DNA of 64,000 nucleotides from NCBI RefSeq assembly GCF_054482525.1, contig NZ_CM137006.1; one strand, 5' to 3'. Shown piece by piece: positions 55,604 to 64,000 of this stretch (position 1 is its first letter; each line of letters starts with the position of its first letter). The notes under the pieces were generated by a model. It saw only the letters and a program-made list of their open reading frames with translations, ran no database searches and was not told where the DNA came from. The position numbers and the translations under genes were made by a program.

Positions 55604-56368
55604 CTAATTCTTTCGTTGCTCCAGACGACGCAGAGAACGCTCACGGCGGCTCTCTTCACGGCTTCTGTCGAGCAAAATTTCTTCGATAAAGGCCAGATGG
55701 CGATGCGATGCTTCGCGCGCTTCTTCCGGCTTACCGGCCATAATCGCTTCAAATATGCGGGTGCGGTGACTACTCACCAGCGGCAGCATCTCGCGACGCG
55801 AATAGAGCAATTCGAAGTTCTGGCGGACATTCTGGGCCAACATCGGCTCCATACACCTTAGCAGATGAAGCAGAACCACATTGTGGGCCGCTTCGGTGAC
55901 GGCAATCTGATACTGGAGTACGGCGTTTGATTCCGCGTCCAGATCGCCAGACTGCTGCGCCAGCTCTATAGCGTGGTGGAGTTCACGGATGCGTTCCTTG
56001 TCTTCATCGGTACTACGCAGCGCGGCGTAATAAGCGGCGATACCTTCCAGGGCGTGTCGTGTTTCGAGCAAGTCATACTGTGATTCAGGATGGTCGGAGA
56101 GCAGCTCCACCAGCGGATCGCTGAAGCTTTGCCATAGGCTGCTCTGGACAAAAGTGCCGCCACCCTGGCGACGAAGCAACAAGCCCTTCGCTTCGAGACG
56201 TTGAATCGCCTCACGCAAGGAGGGACGGGAGACGTCGAACTGTTTTGCCAGTTCGCGTTCCGGTGGGAGTTTTTCGCCCGGGCGGAGAGTGCCTTCGAGG
56301 ATCAAAAACTCCAGTTGCTGCTCAATCACATCGGAGAGTTTTGGTTGGCGGATTTTGCTGTAGGCCAT
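55604..56368 (-). CDS. pdhR: Pyruvate dehydrogenase complex repressor (GntR family)
   Basis: ORF trimmed to [18 protein letters not shown]... (254 aa); N-terminal wHTH. Confidence 0.95.
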
Positions 56369-56399
56369 GAGTTCCTGTCTTAAGCCACTTGCCGAAGTC

Positions 56400-56416
56400 A
56401 ATTGGTCTTACCAATT
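56400..56416 (-). promoter_or_regulatory. PdhR operator (perfect palindrome) in the pdhR promoter/leader
   Basis: aattggt-ctt-accaatt, 32-48 bp upstream of the pdhR ATG; matches the PdhR box ATTGGTnnnACCAAT. Confidence 0.65.
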
Positions 56417-56908
56417 TCATGTCTGTGACGCTAAAGTAACAAAGTATTCACCTTATGTCCATACAGGTTTTGATTGAAATCATGAAACTGTGCACATTTT
56501 AACAACTTGACATATATAACGTTTCAAAGTTGTAACTATGCACAAATGTAGACTTTACGTAGGAAAGGGATTTTTTAACGATTATTAAACTATAAAAATC
56601 CGAATTGAACCGATTCACTTACCAATTTTATGATTTTTAATTCAATTAAAACGAATTTAAATTCATTCTATATATTGAGAGGGGTTGAGGCTGAGCTTTA
56701 CAAACGGTTTCTTTTTAAGCAACTCATCTTCAACCATGCATAAAGCGGGTGCATTCGCTGCCGCATACCATTATTCTTGATCTGACGGAAGTCCTTTTGT
56801 AACAATTCAAACTTCTTTGATGTAAACAAATTAATACAACAAACGGAATTACAAACTTACACACGCATCACTGCGTAGATCAAAAAAACAATCACCGCAC
56901 GAGGTTTC

Positions 56909-58282
56909 ATGATGGAAGGTCAACAGCACGGCGAGCAGCTAAAGCGCGGCCTTAAAAACCGCCATATTCAGCTTATCGCGCTGGGTGGCGCGATAGGGAC
57001 CGGGCTATTCCTGGGTAGCGCCTCCGTAATACAGTCCGCAGGGCCAGGGATTATCCTGGGTTACGCCATTGCTGGTTTTATCGCCTTTCTGATCATGCGT
57101 CAGCTAGGTGAAATGGTGGTCGAAGAACCTGTCGCTGGCTCCTTTAGCCACTTTGCTTATAAATACTGGGGCAGTTTTGCCGGTTTCGCCTCTGGCTGGA
57201 ACTACTGGGTACTGTACGTTTTAGTTGCCATGGCAGAGCTGACTGCCGTGGGTAAATACATTCAGTTCTGGTATCCGGAAATCCCCACCTGGGTTTCTGC
57301 CGCCGTGTTCTTTGTGGTGATCAACGCCATCAACCTGACAAACGTAAAAGTGTTTGGCGAGATGGAGTTCTGGTTTGCCATTATCAAAGTTATCGCGGTG
57401 GTAGCGATGATCATCTTCGGCGGCTGGCTGCTATTCAGCGGCAACGGCGGCCCGCAGGCGAGCGTTAGCAACCTGTGGGATCAGGGTGGTTTCCTGCCGC
57501 ACGGTTTCACCGGGCTGGTGATGATGATGGCGATTATCATGTTCTCTTTCGGTGGTCTGGAACTGGTGGGCATCACCGCAGCAGAAGCAGATAACCCGGA
57601 GCAAAGTATTCCAAAAGCGACTAACCAGGTTATCTACCGCATCCTGATTTTCTATATTGGTTCGTTAGCCGTTCTGCTCTCGCTGATGCCGTGGACCCGC
57701 GTTACTGCTGATACCAGTCCGTTTGTACTGATCTTCCACGAATTGGGCGATACCTTTGTGGCGAATGCGCTGAACATCGTGGTACTGACTGCTGCGCTCT
57801 CCGTGTACAACAGCTGCGTATATTGCAACAGCCGTATGCTGTTTGGTCTGGCACAGCAGGGCAACGCGCCAAAAGCGCTGGCGTCTGTCGATAAACGCGG
57901 CGTACCAGTCAACACCATTCTGGTGTCTGCGCTGGTTACGGCATTGTGCGTGCTGATTAACTACCTTGCACCGGAATCCGCATTCGGCCTGTTAATGGCG
58001 CTGGTGGTATCTGCACTGGTAATCAACTGGGCGATGATTAGCCTGGCGCATATGAAATTCCGTCGCGCCAAGCAGGAACAAGGCATGGTAACTCGCTTCC
58101 CTGCTCTGCTTTATCCGCTGGGTAACTGGATCTGCCTGCTGTTTATGGCGGCGGTACTGGTGATTATGCTGATGACCCCAGGAATGGCGATTTCGGTATA
58201 CCTGATCCCGGTATGGCTGATCGTGTTAGGTATCGGCTATCTGTTTAAAGAGAAAACCGCCAAAGCCGTAAAAGCGCATTAA
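56909..58282 (+). CDS. aroP: Aromatic amino acid:H+ symporter AroP (APC family)
   Basis: 457 aa, MMEGQQHGEQLKRGLKNRHIQLIALGGAIGTGLFLG. Confidence 0.95.
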   Translation: MMEGQQHGEQLKRGLKNRHIQLIALGGAIGTGLFLGSASVIQSAGPGIILGYAIAGFIAFLIMRQLGEMVVEEPVAGSFSHFAYKYWGSFAGFASGWNYWVLYVLVAMAELTAVGKYIQFWYPEIPTWVSAAVFFVVINAINLTNVKVFGEMEFWFAIIKVIAVVAMIIFGGWLLFSGNGGPQASVSNLWDQGGFLPHGFTGLVMMMAIIMFSFGGLELVGITAAEADNPEQSIPKATNQVIYRILIFYIGSLAVLLSLMPWTRVTADTSPFVLIFHELGDTFVANALNIVVLTAALSVYNSCVYCNSRMLFGLAQQGNAPKALASVDKRGVPVNTILVSALVTALCVLINYLAPESAFGLLMALVVSALVINWAMISLAHMKFRRAKQEQGMVTRFPALLYPLGNWICLLFMAAVLVIMLMTPGMAISVYLIPVWLIVLGIGYLFKEKTAKAVKAH

Positions 58283-58291
58283 TCTCTCTAC

Positions 58292-58316
58292 GCCCTCACC
58301 CGTGCAGGGTGAGGGC
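58292..58316. terminator. Bidirectional hairpin between convergent aroP and ampE
   Basis: gccctcaccc-gtgca-gggtgagggc, 10-bp stem. Confidence 0.6.
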
Positions 58317-58324
58317 AATAATCT

Positions 58325-59179
58325 TTACACCAACGCCCCGTAAATCGTCAGTAGCGCAATTACCACCACGACCACGAACGAGGTTTTCTTCGCCATGGAA
58401 ACCGCTGCCTTCGGCGTCTCCACCTTATCGACATGCGGTTCACGCGCCAGAGAGAACTGTGCCAGACGCGTTAATACCTGATATTGCGAAGTATGGAAAT
58501 CACCCAGCGAAGCAAACCAGGCCGGTAACGCTTTCTCCCCATGGCCGATCAAGGCATATACCACACCCGCAAGACGAACCGGCACCCAATCCAGTACATG
58601 AAGCACGGCATCAATGCCGGACTGTAAACGATGATGCGGCGTCTGGTATCGCGCCAGCCAGTATTGCCATGCACGCAAAAACGCATACCCCATCAGCGTA
58701 ACGGGTCCCCAGGTTCCCCCCACAATCAGCCAGAACAGCGGTGCAAGATAAAAACGAAAGTTAATCCACAGCAATGCATTTTGCAGCTCACGCAAATACT
58801 CACGTTCATCGCAGCCTGCCGGGACGCCGTGAATCATGGTGAGTTCGCCAGCCATCGTGGCACGGGCATGGCTATCATTACGTGAAGCAGCTGTCAGATA
58901 AGCATGATAATGAAGACGAACTTTACCTGCGCCAATACACAGCAAACCAATCAGCAGCCACACCAGCAGCGTGGGAACGTTGAATAATACTCCCTGCAAT
59001 GTGCGTAACAGTAAAAAAGTCACGCCCATCGCAATAATGGTCATGCCTAATGTGCGCCCGAGAGAAAAATGTTTCACCCGCCGAAAGAACGCTTCAAGAC
59101 GATGATCAAGTTGCCAGTGCTCGCCCAACTTAAACAGGCGCTCGAAAATTAACACCAGTAAGGTTGTAAATAGCGTCAT
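58325..59179 (-). CDS. ampE: Inner membrane protein AmpE
   Basis: ORF trimmed to [16 protein letters not shown]... (284 aa); start overlaps the ampD stop as ATGA. Confidence 0.92.
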   Translation of the reverse strand: MTLFTTLLVLIFERLFKLGEHWQLDHRLEAFFRRVKHFSLGRTLGMTIIAMGVTFLLLRTLQGVLFNVPTLLVWLLIGLLCIGAGKVRLHYHAYLTAASRNDSHARATMAGELTMIHGVPAGCDEREYLRELQNALLWINFRFYLAPLFWLIVGGTWGPVTLMGYAFLRAWQYWLARYQTPHHRLQSGIDAVLHVLDWVPVRLAGVVYALIGHGEKALPAWFASLGDFHTSQYQVLTRLAQFSLAREPHVDKVETPKAAVSMAKKTSFVVVVVIALLTIYGALV

Positions 59180-59727
59180 GTTGTCTCCTTGCTGACCAGT
59201 GCACGAAACCGTGCCCAATCAAATGCAGGACCGGGATCGGTTTTCCGATCCGGCGCAATATCACAATGGCCCGTCATGTTATTAGCGATATCTGGATAGC
59301 GATCAATCAGTGCCCGCGTAACCGCCGCAAGCTGTTGATACTGCGCATCGGTATACGCCAGCGTATCGGTGCCTTCAAGCTCAATCCCAATAGAAAAATC
59401 ATTGCAGCGTTCGCGCCCCTGATACTGAGAGACTCCCGCATGCCAGGCACGTTTATCGAAAGGAACATACTGGACTATTTCACCATCACGGCGAATCAAA
59501 CAGTGAGCGGAGACGCGCAAATGGGCGATCTCAGCAAAGAAAGGATGTGCCTGCGGATCAATAGTTCCAGTGAATAATGCGTCGATCCACGGACCGCCAA
59601 ACTCGCCTGGCGGCAGGCTAATATTGTGCACCACCAGCAGGGTGGGTGTTTCGTCATCCGGGCGGCAATCGTAATGTGGTGAGGGAACGCGGCGCGCGCC
59701 AACCAGCCACCCCTGTTCTAACAACAT
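59176..59727 (-). CDS. ampD: 1,6-anhydro-N-acetylmuramyl-L-alanine amidase AmpD
   Basis: 183 aa, [26 protein letters not shown]... Confidence 0.95.
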   Translation of the reverse strand: MLLEQGWLVGARRVPSPHYDCRPDDETPTLLVVHNISLPPGEFGGPWIDALFTGTIDPQAHPFFAEIAHLRVSAHCLIRRDGEIVQYVPFDKRAWHAGVSQYQGRERCNDFSIGIELEGTDTLAYTDAQYQQLAAVTRALIDRYPDIANNMTGHCDIAPDRKTDPGPAFDWARFRALVSKETT

Positions 59728-59754
59728 GCAGGATCTCCTTATATGTGGTGCTAA

Positions 59755-60708
<954 letters not shown>

Positions 60709-60910
60709 TTGCTGACAGATTTATCCGCTCCATCGCGGGCGGATAATCTCCCCTTTCCCAACTTTCTTCGTAACGCCTCGCAAATTTCTTGTCTTTCGCT
60801 GCAACGTAATAAAAAACTCCGGAAGCTGCTTTCCCGTTTCGTTTTTTGCCCCTCGCTTGTGCTGATGGCGTTTGCCAAAGTAGCGCCAACCAAATCAAGG
60901 AGCGAAACAA

Positions 60911-61351
60911 ATGGACAAGCAACGCGGTTTTACACTTATCGAACTGATGGTGGTTATTGGCATCATTGCCATTTTAAGCGCCATTGGTATTCCCGCTTAT
61001 CAAAACTACCTGCGCAAAGCCGCACTCACCGACATGCTACAAACCTTTGTGCCTTACCGTACCGCCGTAGAGTTGTGCGCGCTGGAACATGGTGGATTAA
61101 ATACCTGCGACAGTGGCAGCAATGGCATTCCCTCGCCTACCACCACCCGCTATGTTTCAGCCATGAGTGTGGCAAAGGGCGTGGTGTCGCTGACCGGGCA
61201 AGAAAGTCTCAATGGGCTAAGCGTCGTCATGACACCGGGTTGGGATAACGCAAACGGCGTCACCGGTTGGACGCGCAACTGCAATATTCAAAGTGACAGC
61301 GCATTGCAGCAAGCCTGCGAAGATGTCTTCCGTTTTGATGACGCCAACTAA
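60911..61351 (+). CDS. ppdD: Type IV prepilin-like protein PpdD
   Basis: 146 aa; class III signal peptide and N-terminal pilin helix MDKQRG/FTLIELMVVIGIIAIL. Confidence 0.9.
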   Translation: MDKQRGFTLIELMVVIGIIAILSAIGIPAYQNYLRKAALTDMLQTFVPYRTAVELCALEHGGLNTCDSGSNGIPSPTTTRYVSAMSVAKGVVSLTGQESLNGLSVVMTPGWDNANGVTGWTRNCNIQSDSALQQACEDVFRFDDAN

Positions 61352-61360
61352 GGAGCGGCA

Positions 61361-62746
61361 ATGAATATTCCACAGCTCACCGCCCTGTGTCTGCGTTATC
61401 AGGGAGTCTTGCTGGATGCCAGCGAAGAGGTGGTTCATGTTGCGGTGGTCGATGCCCCTTCGCATGAGCTACTGGACGCATTGCATTTCGCTACCACCAA
61501 ACGTATTGAGATCACCTGCTGGACGCGCCAACAAATGGAAGGTCACGCCAGTCGCACACAACAGACATTGCCCGTAGCTGTTCAGGAGAAGCATCAACCC
61601 AAAGCAGAGTTGCTGACTCGAACGTTACAATCTGCGCTGGAACAACGCGCGTCTGATATTCATATCGAACCAGCGGACAATGCCTACCGCATCCGCTTGC
61701 GTATCGACGGCGTATTGCATCCTTTACCGGATGTTTCACCGGATGCCGGAGTCGCATTAACCGCCAGATTAAAAGTGCTGGGCAACCTGGATATTGCGGA
61801 ACATCGCCTGCCGCAGGACGGGCAATTCACTGTCGAACTGGCAGGAAACGCCGTCTCATTTCGTATTGCGACCTTACCATGTCGGGGTGGTGAAAAGGTG
61901 GTATTAAGATTGTTACAGCAGGTGAGTCAGGCACTGGATGTCAACACGCTTGGAATGCAGCCGTTACAACTGGCGGACTTTGCTCATGCCTTGCAACAAC
62001 CACAGGGACTGGTGCTGGTAACAGGCCCTACAGGCAGCGGCAAAACGGTCACGCTTTATAGTGCCCTGCAAACGCTGAATACTGCTGATATTAATATTTG
62101 TAGCGTCGAAGATCCGGTTGAGATCCCCATAGCCGGACTAAATCAGACGCAAATCCATCCGCGTGCCGGGCTCACCTTTCAGAGCGTTTTGCGTGCGTTA
62201 TTGCGCCAGGATCCTGACGTCATCATGATCGGAGAGATCCGCGATGGCGAAACGGCAGAAATTGCCATAAAAGCCGCGCAAACCGGTCACCTGGTGTTGT
62301 CTACCCTACACACTAATTCCACCTGCGAAACGCTGGTACGTTTACAGCAAATGGGAGTCGCCCGCTGGATGCTATCATCGGCGCTTACGCTGGTAATAGC
62401 CCAGCGTCTGGTACGTAAACTTTGCCCACATTGTCGCCGACAGCAAGGGGAGCCCATCCATATTCCAGACAATGTATGGCCGTCGCCGCTGCCCCACTGG
62501 CAGGCACCCGGTTGTGTACATTGCTACCACGGTTTTTATGGTCGCACGGCCTTATTTGAAGTTCTGCCCATAACACCGGTCATACGCCAGCTTATTTCCG
62601 CTAATACCGACGTTGAATCGCTGGAAATGCACGCCCGACAGGCGGGTATGCGTACGCTTTTTGAAAACGGCTGCCTGGCCGTGGAGCAAGGCTTAACCAC
62701 CTTTGAAGAGTTAATCCGCGTATTGGGGATGCCGCATGGCGAGTAA
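61361..62746 (+). CDS. hofB: Type IV pilus/T2SS-like assembly ATPase (GspE/PilB family) HofB
   Basis: 461 aa; Walker [10 protein letters not shown]-terminal tetracysteine motif CPHC...C..C. Confidence 0.9.
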   Translation: MNIPQLTALCLRYQGVLLDASEEVVHVAVVDAPSHELLDALHFATTKRIEITCWTRQQMEGHASRTQQTLPVAVQEKHQPKAELLTRTLQSALEQRASDIHIEPADNAYRIRLRIDGVLHPLPDVSPDAGVALTARLKVLGNLDIAEHRLPQDGQFTVELAGNAVSFRIATLPCRGGEKVVLRLLQQVSQALDVNTLGMQPLQLADFAHALQQPQGLVLVTGPTGSGKTVTLYSALQTLNTADINICSVEDPVEIPIAGLNQTQIHPRAGLTFQSVLRALLRQDPDVIMIGEIRDGETAEIAIKAAQTGHLVLSTLHTNSTCETLVRLQQMGVARWMLSSALTLVIAQRLVRKLCPHCRRQQGEPIHIPDNVWPSPLPHWQAPGCVHCYHGFYGRTALFEVLPITPVIRQLISANTDVESLEMHARQAGMRTLFENGCLAVEQGLTTFEELIRVLGMPHGE

Positions 62747-63938
62747 GCAACTCTGGCGCTGGCATGGCATAACCGGCGACGGCAATGCGCAAGATGGGAT
62801 GCTATGGGCAGAGAGCCGTGCTTTGCTGCTTATGGCACTACAGCAACAGATGGTTACCCCACTAAGCCTAAAGCGAATCGCCATCAATTCTGCGCAGTGG
62901 CGAGGAGATAAAAGCGCGGAAGTCATTCATCAACTGGCGACGCTACTCAAAGCCGGGTTAACGCTTTCTGAAGGGCTGGCACTGCTGGCGGGACAGCATC
63001 CCAGTAAGCAATGGCAAGCGTTGCTGCAATCGCTGGCGCACGATCTCGAACAGGGCATTGCTTTTTCCAATGCCTTATTACCCTGGTCAGAGGTATTTCC
63101 GCCGCTCTATCAGGCAATGATCCGCACAGGGGAATTGACTGGTAAGTTAGATGAATGTTGCTTTGAACTTGCTCGACAGCAAAAAGCCCAGCGTCAGTTA
63201 GCCGATAAAGTGAAATCAGCGTTGCGTTATCCCATCATCATTTTAGCGATGGCAATCATGGTGGTTGTGGCAATGCTGCATTTTGTTCTACCGGAGTTTG
63301 CCGCTATCTATAAGACCTTTAACACTCCGCTACCGGCGCTAACGCAGGGGATCATGACGCTGGCAAGCTTTAGTGGCGAATGGGGTTGGTTGCTGGTGCT
63401 ATTCGGCTTTCTGCTGGCGATAGCCAATAAGTTGCTGATGCGCCGCCCGACCAGGCTTATCGCGCGGCAGAAATTGCTGTTACGCATCCCGATTATGGGT
63501 TCACTGATGAGGGGACAAAAACTCACGCAGATCTTTACGATTCTGGCGCTGACACAAAGTGCAGGCATTACTTTTTTACAGGGCGTAGAGAGCGTCAGAG
63601 AAACAATGCGCTGCCCGTACTGGGTGCAACTTCTGACACAAATCCAGCACGATATCAGTAACGGTCAACCCATCTGGCTGGCGCTAAAAAATGCCGGTGA
63701 GTTTAGCCCACTCTGTTTGCAATTAGTGAGAACAGGAGAGGCATCCGGCTCGCTGGATCTCATGTTAGACAACCTCGCCCATCATCATCGGGATAACACA
63801 ATGGCGCTGGCGGATAACCTCGCAGCCTTACTGGAACCGGCGTTGCTGATCATAACGGGAGGAATTATCGGTACGCTGGTGGTGGCAATGTATCTGCCAA
63901 TTTTCCATTTAGGCGATGCGATGAGTGGAATGGGATAA
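62736..63938 (+). CDS. hofC: Type IV pilus platform protein (GspF/PilC family) HofC
   Basis: 400-aa polytopic membrane protein; start overlaps the hofB 3' end by 11 nt. Confidence 0.9.
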   Translation: MASKQLWRWHGITGDGNAQDGMLWAESRALLLMALQQQMVTPLSLKRIAINSAQWRGDKSAEVIHQLATLLKAGLTLSEGLALLAGQHPSKQWQALLQSLAHDLEQGIAFSNALLPWSEVFPPLYQAMIRTGELTGKLDECCFELARQQKAQRQLADKVKSALRYPIIILAMAIMVVVAMLHFVLPEFAAIYKTFNTPLPALTQGIMTLASFSGEWGWLLVLFGFLLAIANKLLMRRPTRLIARQKLLLRIPIMGSLMRGQKLTQIFTILALTQSAGITFLQGVESVRETMRCPYWVQLLTQIQHDISNGQPIWLALKNAGEFSPLCLQLVRTGEASGSLDLMLDNLAHHHRDNTMALADNLAALLEPALLIITGGIIGTLVVAMYLPIFHLGDAMSGMG

Positions 63939-63966
63939 CGCTGGCGTGTTGCTCCACGCCAGCGTT
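63937..63966. terminator. Bidirectional hairpin between hofC and the convergent downstream gene
   Basis: Perfect 12-bp stem aacgctggcgtg-ttgctc-cacgccagcgtt, overlapping the hofC stop. Confidence 0.6.
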
Positions 63967-63972
63967 GGGAGA

Positions 63973-64000
63973 TTACAGGTTGTTGAAGATGCGGTTTTCT
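63973..64000 (-). CDS. guaC: 3' end of a convergent gene, probably GMP reductase (partial)
   Basis: The minus strand reads ...ENRIFNNL* with stop at 63973-63975. Assignment is from recalled K-12 synteny (guaC next to hofC); only 9 codons are visible. Confidence 0.35.

Noticed and set aside
55604-55770. A small RNA (tp2) that I vaguely recall being annotated near the 3' end of pdhR in K-12.
   Set aside because: I cannot identify promoter or terminator signals for it from the sequence and do not trust my memory of its coordinates, so it is not reported as a feature.

Overview
This window is an Escherichia coli K-12-like chromosomal segment (enterobacterial core genome), in reverse orientation to standard K-12 numbering, running from the 3' end of mtn/btuF to hofC/guaC. 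Gene order and products were recognised from the translated ORFs: mtn(3' end)-btuF-yadS | erpA | clcA | hemL | fhuBDCA | mrcB | hrpB | thpR-sfsA-dksA-gluQ-pcnB-folK | yadN-yadV-htrE-yadM-yadL-yadK-yadC fimbrial operon | panB-panC | rpnC(yadD) | panD | yadE-yadI-yadH-yadG | can | hpt | gcd | cueO | yacC | speE-speD | yacL | acnB | yacH | lpdA-aceF-aceE-pdhR | aroP | ampE-ampD | nadC | ppdD-hofB-hofC | guaC(3' end). I found no rRNA, tRNA, CRISPR array, IS element or prophage. Gene starts were trimmed from the six-frame ORF track to the canonical internal start wherever the ORF carried an N-terminal extension. The most interesting locus is rpnC (30391-31647): besides the full-length Rpn nuclease-like gene with an internal RBS and Met pair at the start of its C-terminal tail, there is a free-standing 77-aa ORF immediately downstream that is a diverged paralogue of that tail, with its own RBS and its own, different 12-bp (4-aa) tandem repeat array. 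Intragenic RpnS antitoxins are already described for Rpn proteins; the separately encoded second tail is the part that looks unannotated. Second, the fimbrial usher gene htrE carries a +1 frameshift in a G-run. Other notes cover the uncharacterised yadE-yadI-yadHG envelope cluster, repeat-rich yacH, several regulatory palindromes, and terminator/start-codon oddities. All coordinates come from reading the sequence by eye; nothing here was checked against a database.
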